From contig OZ024740.1 of assembly GCA_964016885.1 (NCBI GenBank), positions 180,234,001 through 180,298,000 of the forward strand: a stretch of 64,000 nucleotides of DNA, given 5' to 3'. Position numbers and translations under genes: made by a program. This document shows positions 1-11,600 of this stretch, piece after piece (within the stretch, counting starts at the first letter, position 1; each line of letters begins with the position of its first letter). The DNA is from Eledone cirrhosa. Its lineage: Eukaryota. Below the pieces are notes generated by a model that made no database searches, was not told where the DNA came from, and was given only the letters and a program-made list of their open reading frames with translations.

Positions 1-298
1 CATAGCTTATATAGGATTAACCGCGTGCGACTTCAAGACCCAGCTCTACCAACACCGACATACTTTCCGAAACCCGGTCCGGCGACATGCCACTATACTT
101 TCGGGCCACATATTGGACCCCCAAGATAATAACATAACCTACAATCTCACTTGGAGCTTACTGTCCAGAGCTAACTCTTACACGGGAGGTCGCCGTCCGT
201 GTAACTTATGCTCGGAGGAAACATTACAAATGCTGTTTTCGAAGGTCCAACTCCTAAACAAGAAAGACGAACTGGTAACCGCATGCAAACACAGATAG
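1..298 (+). mobile_element. Penelope-like element (Hydra-like, tentative), C-terminal GIY-YIG endonuclease fragment
   Basis: Frame from nt 2 reads AYIGLTACDFKTQLYQHRHTF...ATILSGHI...WSLL...CNLCSEE...LLNKKDELVTACKHR*, a typical PLE GIY-YIG C-terminus. Confidence 0.85.
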
Positions 299-1020
299 CG
301 TAGGACTTACATTGCCCTCAAACCCCATAACGACCCGGGTGGGTAGACAAGGGCTGATACCACCCCACTTGCCGAATATGTTAGGGGAATCCCCAGCTTA
401 CTTAGGTAGATGTATCTCTTTTTCTTATCCTCGTTGCCTTCTTCTTCCCCCTGTCTCACCCTATCACTTCCTTCCTCCCCTATTGTCTTCCTCGACTACT
501 TTTCCCCTTTCGCCTACCCCAATGCAGCCCATGCGGCCTCTGTAGCATCAGTTCCCCCACCCCTGTAATTTTAAGATAGAATTTGCCGAATACGTTTTAC
601 TAACTACTTATAGCAGATGTGTTAAACACCTTCAATTTTGTATCAGTTTTGTTACTACTCAATTTCTACAAGTTTTTTCTCTTCTCAACTTACTAACCTG
701 TAATTATAAGATAGCATTGTGATTTTTTTCTTCATTTCTCACTATCTAATTTTATATATATTTTTATATATTTCTATTATCTTTTATTGTCTCCTACTCT
801 CATTCGATTTACCTATTCTATAACATCCATCCTCCACTTCATACACTATCCTTAGAATATGCTGTATACATATCAGTTTCAACGCTTGATCGCTCCACTC
901 ACTCCCCTATTGTTCTACAGGCAAGTTCAGCCATCCCTACCTCCAACCAAATGCCATGATAGACTTATTTGTGTATACAACAAATTTAAACCAATCCGCT
1001 TGACAACTACAATCTTCCCA

Positions 1021-1218
1021 TATAAGGAAGTACCCCCTTGAGAAGTTCGGCTATTTATTCAGCAGGCTAAGCATTCTAATTTAGTCCAGAAATAGGCGTC
1101 GAAACAGCTTGAGATCTGCCATCGGGGTCATACTTTTTACTATTCCCACTCTACTTCCCTAAGTATTGAGTACTCTGGTGCATTATGGTCCATCTGGTTC
1201 CTTACCACAATTCCTTTG
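1021..1218 (+). repeat. PLE terminal repeat (pLTR end, family R1) with degenerate hammerhead-like fold
   Basis: Lies between a PLE C-terminus and a PLE N-terminus. The same ~130-nt tail (gtcgaaacggcttgag...ggttccttaccac) recurs at ~24270, 59110, 60680 and 61300(-), and partially at 37840 and 49400. Confidence 0.7.
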
Positions 1219-1312
1219 TTATTTAGCTCCTATTACTGTAGTAGAGCACTTTCCGACTCTACCACGCCATATCCCGACTTTTCCACCCAGCTCAAGTTTC
1301 TTCACCCGCACA

Positions 1313-1655
1313 ATGCGAAAACACAACATCGACTTCTCCACCAAGAACATCACAGTTCAACCGAAAAAAAATTACCTTTGGATGCTCACGCAAAAAATCG
1401 ACCATTTTGCGTAAAGACTAAGATGGAGAACCTTTTTCTACGATAGATACCGCGACAATCAGGACTTCAACACCAAGGTGAGATTCGGATTCAATACCAA
1501 CAAATCTCCCCCTCCGAACCCTATGCTCTCACCCTTCGAGAACGACCTTTTCCACCTGGTCAAGAGCATTAAATTCAAAACCAGACAAAACAGATTCCTA
1601 CAACAACTCCATAGCAAAATAACAAAGTATGAAAACACCAACGACATCATATATG
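1313..1655 (+). mobile_element. PLE N-terminal ORF fragment (start of next tandem unit), disrupted
   Basis: MRKHNIDFSTKNI...KIDHFA*RLRWRTFF...RFGFNTNKSPPPNPMLSPFENDL, resembling PLE N-termini; one in-frame stop; truncated. Confidence 0.7.
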
Positions 1656-1728
1656 CTGCCAGGTGCTGCTAATAAGGTAGACATGGCCTGGGCCAATACT
1701 AGCCGAAACCTATCAAAGTTATCAAAGT

Positions 1729-1759
<31 letters not shown>

Positions 1760-1984
1760 GCAAAAGTTCTATTTAAATTGTTGGGATACAACAAACAAAT
1801 ATTTTTATAACTGATATAAAGCACTCGCCAAGTATTTGGAGTAAATATACGATATTAATAAATGGAAACTATATTTAACATGATATCCTTGAAATATGTA
1901 TAATGAAATAAATATGGTTTTATAAATATAGTTTCCATTTATTAATATCGTATATATATATATATATGTATATATAATAAATAA

Positions 1985-2175
1985 TTATTGTTTCTACTTT
2001 TGGCACAAGGCCAGCAATTAAACAAGTGTATTTCTGGTACTTTATTTTATCGACCCGATAAGGATGAGAGGCAAAGTTAACATCGGCGGGATTTGAATTC
2101 AGACCACAAAGGGCCGTAACTCTTTGCTGCAAAGCATAGTGTCCGACCCTCTACCGATAATGCCAATCCACATAA
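1985..2175 (+). mobile_element. Dispersed SINE-like repeat (strand as written)
   Basis: Motif ggcacaaggccagcaatt...ctggtactttattttatcgaccc(c)gtaaggatgaaaggcaaag recurs at ~21880, 22745(-), 27650(-), 29400, 30710, 49735 and 50820. Confidence 0.7.
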
Positions 2176-2419
2176 TAATTAAAGTATTGTGTACAGTGCT
2201 CAGGTGCACTACAACAACAAATTATATGTATCTCTTGACCAGGATTGAACTCCAGGCCAGGATTTCCAACGTCCCTCTTATCTACCTCTAGTCCACAGAG
2301 ACAGCTATATATATATATATATATACATGTATATATACATATACTTATATTACATATTCCGTATATATATATATATTTATATATATATGTATATATATAT
2401 ATATATATGTATATATATG

Positions 2420-2456
<37 letters not shown>

Positions 2457-2745
2457 TTATATATATATATAAACGGAAAAAATGTAACAATATTTAATTT
2501 CCCAAACTTAGTACCGCTGTTACTTAAATCTAAGTATATACACGTATATACATATATGTATACCGACGTACAGTAGTATGTATATATATATATATACATA
2601 CATGCACACATATATATATATATATGTACGTATGGATTCACCTAACATTTATTATAATGCTCGGTGTGTTTGTAAACAAACATCCCGTATTAAGCCGTAG
2701 TGTCTAGCAACCACCGTTGCTCGTTTGTTCAACACTGACAAAGGA

Positions 2746-2788
2746 ACGCTGTACTAGTTTCAAGCTTGTTAGCTATCGTAAGCAACGT
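2746..2788 (-). ncRNA. Minimal type I hammerhead ribozyme, family A (core mutated to CTTACGA)
   Basis: Minus strand acgttg-CTTACGA-t-agct-aaca-agct-t-GAAAC-TA-GTA-cagcgt; stems I and II pair; palindromic stem III ACTAGT. Confidence 0.75.
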
Positions 2789-3108
2789 ATACCTTCCTGC
2801 CAGATTGTTGAACGTATATACTTACCTTATGCATATTAACGGCTGAGTAGCTCAATTTGCATATCGAGTGGGTTAATCGGCTGGGGGCACCGAAAACGAT
2901 AAACGGAAAATATATGTGTGTACGTGTACATACTTATATTTAAGTAACAGCCGTATTAAGAGTGGGAAATGAAATATCGTTTCATTTTTACCGTTTATCG
3001 TTTTCGGTGCACCCAGCCGATTAACCCACTCGATATGCAAATTGGGCTACTCAGCCGTTAATATGCATAAGGTAAGTATATACGTTCAACAATCTGGCAG
3101 GAAGGTAT

Positions 3109-3151
3109 ACGTTGCTGACGATAGATAACAAGCTTGGAACTAGTACAGCGT
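3109..3151 (+). ncRNA. Minimal type I hammerhead ribozyme, family A (GAAAC mutated to GGAAC)
   Basis: acgttg-CTGACGA-tagataacaagctt-GGAAC-TA-GTA-cagcgt; its mutations differ from those of the left copy, so the consensus is intact. Confidence 0.75.
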
Positions 3152-3384
3152 TCCTTTGTCAGTGTTGAACAAACGAGCAACGGTGTTTACTAGACACTAC
3201 GGCTTAATACGGGATGTTTGTTTACAAACACACCGAGCATTATAATAAATGTTCGGTGAATCCATACGTGCATATATATATATATATATATATGTCTGCA
3301 TGTATGTATACATATATACATACTACTGTACGTCGGTTAGTTCATCATACCGAGAACAAATGATTTACCTTATATATCATCTAT

Positions 3385-3979
3385 GGCGTTCCTTACCTTT
3401 AGCGGTCGCAATAATGAAAGTAAATTTATTTTCATTTTCGAACGTCGTGTTTACATTTTGTGTGTGTGTGTTTAGATCTAAATTAGTTACTAGAGCCTCT
3501 GTCGTTTTAACTGACTATACATGTGTGTGTGTATGTGTAGTTCACTGTTGAGAGAAATGTACTCAATACCGAAGTAATCTTGTAATGAGGCTTGCAGAAT
3601 GGTGGGTCCGCCATTCTGGACGCTGCTGCCTTGTAGAAGTCCCAAATGGAAGCCGTGACACTCTCGTCCCCATCATACAGCAGGGATTTTGCCATGCGGT
3701 CGCATGATCTCCGATATTTGGGCTTCCTATTCGGAAATTGAGGAAATTAAAGGTGGGATTTACGTTCATGATGTGCTGCACGAACGGAACTTTGTAGATC
3801 CTGCGGACCCTGATGTGCACACACAGCTCATAGAGAACACATGGACAGGGAGCCGAGCAAGGAAAAAGCTTCGTCGCCAGCATGTTTCGTTTAAACACAC
3901 ACACAAAATGTAATCACGAAGTTCGAAAATGAAAATAAATTAACTTTCATTATTGCGACCGCTAAAAGTAAGGAACGCC
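3385..3979 (+). mobile_element. Merlin (IS1016/ISXO2-like DDE) DNA transposon, internally deleted
   Basis: ~59-bp TIRs (ggcgttccttac...ttcgaac / gttcgaa...gtaaggaacgcc); 9-bp TSD ATCATCTAT at 3376-3384 and 3980-3988; transposase remnant SGRCCLVEVPNGSRDTLVPII / MISDIWASY...HERNFVDPADPDVHTQLIENTW. Confidence 0.9.
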
Positions 3980-3985
3980 ATCATC

Positions 3986-4059
<74 letters not shown>

Positions 4060-4091
4060 TACATATATATACAATTGTTTATATATTTATA

Positions 4092-4181
<90 letters not shown>

Positions 4182-4205
4182 TATACAATTGTTTATATAT
4201 TTATA

Positions 4206-4289
<84 letters not shown>

Positions 4290-4292
<3 letters not shown>

Positions 4293-6955
4293 TTATTAAA
4301 ATATCAGATTAAAGTTTAAGCAAAGAATCTCAAGTTATCAATAATGTAGTGATAATATATCGTCACGTTAGAGATGATCAGCGTACGTGTAGGTTTGCTC
4401 AACGAGTATAAATTATATTCCGCAGAAAATGTAGAAAAGATGAATATAAAATGAAAGTGCCTTTATAAAGGAATTTATTATGTATTGACATATGTTTCTG
4501 TAACAAACCGAATACCTATGTATCGCTACTTGCGTAATCATATAATGTTAGTAAGTATTCGATAGCAAATGCATAATCAGTTGTCACTTCTTCAGAGATA
4601 TTGGTTCAATTGGAAAAAATCAGAAAATCAAAGTATTTATATTAGTTGTAAGAAGGGAAGGGATAGTATATGACAGATGGCTATTCAATTTGCTGGTAAA
4701 CAAGTATATAGAAGGTTTTAATCAGAATACAATGAGTATATGGCTTATTTTATATAAATAAAGATGTTGGGGAGTGCCTATTTTATTCTATATTTGACCA
4801 GTTGAACAATGGACAGGGCTGGTCGTTTGGTGTAGTAGTATTAATACAGATATAAAGTGTTAAGTAAGGAAGAGTGATATTTTCACTGCTACTGTATAAC
4901 AACAATGCTGGTAGCCTGCTGGTATATGCATTAGGGAATTGAATTAAGAAATCTCATTTTATCTATAGCAGTTTATATTAAATGGTAAAGAATAGAAGAG
5001 TTGATAGAATTAATAGTAATATAGAATGTTAATATGTATTTTGACAATCAAACGGAGACGGAGACAGGTGTTCAATCTTGGTGGCGTTTGTAATATGAAA
5101 ATGTAGATTTCAAGCGATGGTTACACTATAACAATCGCTCTATTCTGTTATTTAATAAAATATTTTTGGATTTCAAAATACAAATATTTCCCTCTTACAC
5201 AATTTACAAAATTCCTGTCCTTGGAATTATGCGGAGGCAGGACTATTATATCCCATTTTAGGTTAAATTGTTGGTTATTTTCGCGCAGCTGCTAAGCCTT
5301 GTCTGTGAGTGTTGTTACATAATGCTGGTTTTCATGTTTTATCGAGTAACGATGTCTATAAAGGCGAGATTTGAAGTAGGTAGCTGTAGACCCCACATTA
5401 TACCACTTCTGTCCACCCGATTCGATAGTACATTTGTATATGATGTTGCGTTCAAGACACTGATTGTTCAACGGACACATTCCTGGTTGGACACAGTTAC
5501 AATTATAATTATGCGTTGTTGTATTACCATGGATGGGTTGATGAGGTTGCTTAGGCAGGACGGGATATTGTTTGTTGTTTTGTGATGTTATAGCCGATGT
5601 TTTACGTGTATTGTTATGTGTTGGAAGGCGTTTATACAAACGTTTTGCGTTAAGCTTTTTTATATGTTGTTCAATATTAGGGGCGGTTGAATATAAAAGT
5701 CGAATAGTGCTAGGGTTTAAGATTTTATTATATTTATGTGATGTTGGAAAATAATTTTTAACTAATCGAAAGAATTGTGAAGGTAGATTGGTTTTAATAG
5801 AGTTGTTATAGACCGGGTTGTACCATATATACTCTATACATCGCCTTCTGTGTGGTGGTGTGCGCCTACTAGTGTGTGTATTGCGGTAGTGTATGTATGG
5901 TGGTGATTCTATGCTATTTCTACCTCTATGAGATTTATTTTGGCTGTTTTGGTGATCGTCGACTATATACTCTATATTATCTAGGTGTCCAGCCTTCCTA
6001 AGTACATCTTCATAATATTCGGCATGTTTTTTGAAGGTTTTCTGGTTGGACGACATGTGGGAGATTCTAAGGGAAATATTTCTAGGGTTGGATTTAATTA
6101 TAGAGGGTGGATGGATAGAACCCATATTTACATATTTAAGGTTCTCATTTAGTTTATGGAACGGTTTAATCGTTTCTGTATTGAGATTCAGAGTAACATC
6201 AAGGAAATTAACCTCTTTGAGGTTATATTCAAACGTAATATTTAATCCTAGTTCCTTAAAAGGTTTTCTAATATTTTTACGCATCCTTTCTAAATTCTGG
6301 TTATTCATATGCTTAACTAATAGGAGCGCATCGTCACGGTAGAGTCCACCGTGGAGAACTTGAATTTTCCTTGTAGTCTGTGGGTGATATAAATTCCCAC
6401 AGGATTAGTTACTTCGGCCGAATCATTGGAACCCATAGTTATATCAAAATTAGAAGGTCTATCTTTGCGAACACAGTAGCTATCATCAAATTTAACAATA
6501 GTTTTCCTCGCTTCCATAATAATACTAATTTCATCATCCGTAAGGTCGGAGTTAGCCTTAGCGAACGAAAGGGCTTCATGCAGAGTATCAGGTGAGATTG
6601 AGGAATAATACTGATCAATATCGAACTGAATAAATTTTGATTTCTTCTTATCAGTAATGCTATTAAACCATCTTATTGCCTCATGGGTTTTACCCCATAG
6701 TTTAATATCTACTTTAGCCTTAACTTGGGGATAATTCTGTCTAATATATATTTGCTAATTTTGCCTTATCAGATTTGGAGGGGCATATAAGTCTAATTTT
6801 AGGGTCAGTATCGAAGTTTACCTTATGATCCTTCAGGTTGAAGGATGGTGTAGCTGGTATTAAGGGTTGCGTTCTATCGTCAATACAAAGTTTTTTAATA
6901 ATTTCACGTGCCGAGTTGTTGATGTTTCTAAGTGTAGCTTCATTAGTTTTCTAAT
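4290..6955 (-). mobile_element. Penelope-like element (Hydra-like), RT + GIY-YIG, frameshifted, with 3' UTR
   Basis: Minus-strand motifs FIQFDIDQYYSSI, FDITMGSNDSAEV, YRDD, VNFLDVTLNL, IWYNP, CNC..CPLNNQCLERNIIYKC, NVGST..FKSRLYRH; ORFs 6317-6517 and 5292-6308; 3' end at (TA)n. Confidence 0.9.
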
Positions 6956-7091
6956 ATATAATACATACATACATACATACATACATACATACATACATAC
7001 ATACATACATACATACATGATGGCTGCCCCCTCGTTATCGAGTATGGCCATTGCACGAAAAAAAATATTAATAAAAATAAAAAAATTAAAT

Positions 7092-7155
<64 letters not shown>

Positions 7156-7159
<4 letters not shown>

Positions 7160-7610
7160 TACTTGGGGAGGGTCATATTTGCGTAATATTGCCAGAAATA
7201 ATAACAGAACACACTCACTGTTTGGTTGGTTTTCGCTTCTCGCTGTCTTTTATATCTGCGATCTAACTTACTCGGTCCTCAATGTTGCCATTGACTGACC
7301 GACGGTCAAAAATAATACAGATACAATATAGACACAAACACATATATATATAGTTTACATAATTTACATAAATCTTTCGTTGCACATCTGCAACATCGTC
7401 AGTGGTGTTATATTTTTTTTCCTCCTGTTGTGTTGTATGTCTACGCCATTTTTTATTCAGTCCAGCGAGAAGCGAAAACCAACCAAACAGTGAGTGTGTT
7501 CTGTTATTAATTCTGGCAATATTACGCAAATATGACCCTCCCAAAGTATAACAATATCTGTTTCGACACACGATTTCATATAAAAAACCTCGCTAAACTA
7601 ATTCATCGCC
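7156..7610. mobile_element. Non-coding derivative of the Neptune-like PLE terminus, head-to-head inverted, with HHR
   Basis: 7156-7228 and 7463-7552 are inverted repeats; terminus atgaccctcccaaagtataacaata and the following tail match the PLE ends at 41540-41620 and 46921-46945; (TA)n on both sides. Confidence 0.75.
7367..7404 (-). ncRNA. Hammerhead ribozyme core (stem I degenerate)
   Basis: Minus strand ca-CTGACGA-t-gttgca-gatg-tgcaac-GAAAG-AT-TTA-tg; perfect 6-bp stem II. Confidence 0.6.
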
Positions 7611-7621
7611 GCTATATATAT

Positions 7622-8503
7622 AAATAAATAGCTTAGAGTTTAGACTCAATGGGGCCATTCACAATCATTTCAGCTCTAGGAATCGCTTCTGAGCAGTATA
7701 AATTAATATTTGATGAACATTTACATGTTTCAGTTGCAATTGACTAATAAGATCGCTAGAGTGAAAAATCTTAATTCAACAACATAAAGTCTGCCTGTAC
7801 GATCTAAAAACTAATAAATCAATACACACAGACTCATATGGGCAAAAAGTCTTGGTACCTAGACACGTTTAAAATTCAAAATACAAACTTTTTCCGCAGA
7901 TAGGTCAGAACTTCAAACTTCAAACATGTTTCACAAAGGATATACTGCTCAGAAGCGATTCCTAGAGCTGAAATGATTGTAAATGACCCCATTGAGTCTA
8001 AACTCTAAGCTATTTATCACTGCTCCCCCAGGTGAGCTGAATTTTGTAATCCCATATAAACGGCTGTTATTTCAAGCATTATGTGTGGGACGTTAGAGGA
8101 CTGGAATAAGCCGTTTGCAAAACCTCGTGTATTTTCGCTACGCTAACCAGACCTTAGATATTTTTCTGAGGTAGAGTTATTTTATTTTATCTGGGTACCT
8201 ATTGATAAACACAGAAAAAGTTGATTAACTCACTGCTAATTAGTTAATTATTTTACTATTATACCATCCTTTGTGAAACATGTTTGAAGTTTGAAGTTCT
8301 GACCTATCTGCGGAAAAAGTTTGTATTTTGAATTTTAAACGTGTCTAGGTACCAAGGCTTTTTGTCCATATGAGTCTGTGAGTATTGATTTATTATTTTT
8401 TAGATCGTACAGGCAGACTTTATGTTGTTGAATTAAGATTTTTCACTCTAGCGATCTTATTAGTCAATTGCAACTAAAACATGTAAATGTTCATCAAATA
8501 TTA

Positions 8504-8507
<4 letters not shown>
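7622..8507. repeat. Interleaved inverted duplication (A' B A C B') between (TA)n tracts
   Basis: 7626-7700 is inverted against 7942-8017, and 7701-7940 against 8267-8507; near-identical arms; no ORF. Confidence 0.8.
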
Positions 8508-8573
<66 letters not shown>

Positions 8574-8654
8574 ACACACATACATACATACACACATACA
8601 TATACATATACATACATATAGACATATATAATATTAACAATAATAATGATAATG

Positions 8655-11600
8655 ATTTCTTTATTGGCCACAAGGGCTGACAACAAGAAAAAACATTACA
8701 GACGGCAGAGGACGGTACAGGACGCTACGATGTGTGTTTTGTTCGTGTAAATATTGTTATTATTTATATAAGAAAAGAAAAAAAAAAGGACATAGAAACA
8801 TATATATATATATAAACAATAAAATGAAAATTGAAACAATGAAAAACCTCCGAGAGTTACGCGTTGCTAAAACCACACAAAAGACCACGGCCACCCTCAC
8901 CACCAAAGCAAGCGCCCTCTCTCTATTTTTCCATCTCTCAAACTACAGACGTATATTCAGAGTGGTCCCGTTCACTCGGACCATTCTCGCTACATTCACC
9001 CACCTTTCAACAAACTTGCTAGAAAGCAGCACTTGCCTCTCCCACATGATTTTCCTCTTCAAGTGAAACTTGAAAAAGTTAATTAGGGATTCGTCGAAGA
9101 GGAAAGTGTCTGTCTTTAACACTTTTAACCTTGTGCACCACACAATCACTTTCGCCATGGCCACCAGGCAGATGAAAACCGCCTGCCCTTCCTCCTCGAA
9201 GGAAGACGGCGAGACCATCTCCACAATGGAATCAGTGGATAACCGGATCAGTCCCACACGCGACAGCAACTGTTCGACATAGCTCCACAAGTCAGCAATG
9301 CTCGGGCACTGAATGTGTGCATGCACGACGGTTTCGTCGCTCTGCGCGCATCTCGGACAGGCTCGGCTGACGGCACTTCCGTGCCTGTAGAGCTTATCTC
9401 GAACTGGCAGCGCTCCCCGGTAGAACTGCCAGGGATTTTTGGAAGCTATCCATAGGCCCCGGGCTGAAAGTTCTCCGGAAGAGAGCAAACAGCTGATCTT
9501 CTTCGACGCCCAGGATCTCTCCGAGAATGTCGTCGATCTTCCCCTCCACTAGTCCTCTATAGAACGCCGAGGTGGATGTTCCACCGATACTGGTGCCCAG
9601 CTGGGAGAGGGCAGTGAGCGACTGGAGACATTCCAGATTCCAAGCGCTATCCCTCGGTCTTTCTCTGACCCAGGACTGCAGCTCCGTCAAGGAGACGAGC
9701 TGTGGGAAAACGTGCCTGGCGAACGGCGACCACACCTGTTCACCATCAAGGAAGCACCAGAGATGTCGCAGCCTCAGCGCATGTTTGCGCATCATCAGCC
9801 ATGCCCAGTCCTCCACGCAACGTGCATTGACAGCAGATGGATCGTCTGATCATGGGAGCGCGTCGCTTCCACCGAAAGCGGAAGAGGAGGCGCTTCATTT
9901 TCGGTGAGAGTTGGGCTGGAGCAAGGGACGACGGTGTGGCGGTAGCAGATGACGGATGCGATTTACGCATTCGCCAACTCCGCCCGGCCTTTCAGGGACA
10001 GCTTCCTCTCAGCCCATTTCTGGCTGAGGTAGGCCACCCTGCTTGTCACCTCGTTCCAGTTTTTCTCCATCTGGAGGTCCGGTCCGCACCCGACCCCGAG
10101 CAATTTAACCGGTCCATCCGTCCAACGCCCCACGACGCTGTCGGACGGCATGGACTTGCCTCTCCAGGTGCCGAGCTGTAAGCCCACCGACTTTTCCTGG
10201 TTTATCTTTGCTCCTGTCACCGCTTCGTATTCCCTGAGAGCGGTGCCGAGCATCTGGACGTGTCTGGTGCTCGACACCACCACGGTGACGTCGTCAGCGT
10301 AAGCCGACTCGGATTTCCCGCATCCTAGTTCGCCTGGGACGCCCCTCATCGCCCCCAGTTTGTGCAGTAACGGCTCGAGAGCCAATACGTACAAGAGGGA
10401 CGAGAGGGAGCAACCCTGACGGATTGAGCGCATGATGGTGAACGGCTGAGACAGGTGACCGTTCACCCTCACAACTGAGCAGATGTCGCTGTACATTGCT
10501 GCGAACCAACCCCTGAAAACGGGCCCGAAACCTGTTGCCTCGAGAATCGCCACCAGGTTCCGATGGTCGACCTTATCGAATGCTTTGGATTGATCATGCC
10601 CCACCCTTGCCAGGTTCCTTAACCACCCTCTCTATGATGTATCGCATGAGGTGGAGGTTGTCGTGTATGGATCTGTCCAGAATGGCTCATGTCTGCGCCT
10701 CGCCCACCAGATCACCGACGACAAGCCAGACCCTAGACGACAAGCGCCAACCTCGTTCGTAACACCTTGGTCAACATCTTGAACTCTACGTTTAGCAGGG
10801 TTATGGGCCTGAAATGGGCCTTATTCGGGTCTTTTCTCAGCAGCGCCACTGCTCCCGGGCTCACGAAACTGGGAATGCGCCCATTCTGCTGCCAGTTGCA
10901 GTAGACGTCTGCCAAGAGGTCACCGAACAAGTCTGGCATAAATGCATAAAACTCGTAGGGCAGAACATCCAAACTGGCGATTTACCCCTTGTGCAGTTAG
11001 CCATCGCTTCCCATATTTCACCGGCTGTTATTGGCTTTTCGCAACACTGTGCTGCGGTCCTCGAGAGCCGAGGTAGTCCATCGAGGTATGCACTGAAGTC
11101 CATGCCCGATCCGGGCCACCGTGGCTCCCGAACAGTTCAGCAAAGTGCTGCTGAAAAGCTTCACACATCCGCTCGGGTTCGAGCATCACGCACCCGTTTT
11201 GGTCAGACAAAGACCGAATTGTAGTTTTGTTGCAACCTCGCGCCTCTTCTACCCGGGCCCATTGGACGGCTTTTGTCCCCTCGTGTTTCAGAGCATGCAC
11301 TCTAGCTCTGACAACGCAGCCTTCGTGTTTTGCGTTGAACAGGGCCAATCTCGCAGCAAGCACGTCGGTTGCGATGTCTATCCTAAACGCCTCTTCTAGC
11401 TTTCTGACTAGCTCTCCCTCTACTCTATTTTCCTCTATCACTACTCCATTGCTAAACCTAATCGACTCTACTTTAATTGCCCTTTTCAGGGCGAACCACC
11501 ACATGTTGTTGACGTCCGCTCCCGTCAACATCCGCTTAACTATTACGCTAATCCGGTCTCTGTAGTCTTTGCGCGCCGGGAAAGACGCGTTCAGCTTCCA

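Larger units (their letters stand above)
2471..3337. mobile_element. Retrozyme-like element family A (430-bp unit), head-to-head inverted pair
   Basis: 2471-2910 and 2911-3337 are reverse complements of one circularly permuted unit (aaacggaaaa at 2471 and 2901); each arm has an HHR; left end abuts (TA)n. Confidence 0.8.

Noticed and set aside
4055-4215. Duplicated catatatatacaattgtttatatattt within (TA)n
   Set aside because: Explained by slippage or an assembly artefact in a microsatellite.
3953-4312. ORFs of poly-IY/YI, ER/RE, HT and CV type here and throughout the window
   Set aside because: Translations of (TA)n, (GA)n and (CA)n microsatellites; no coding signal.
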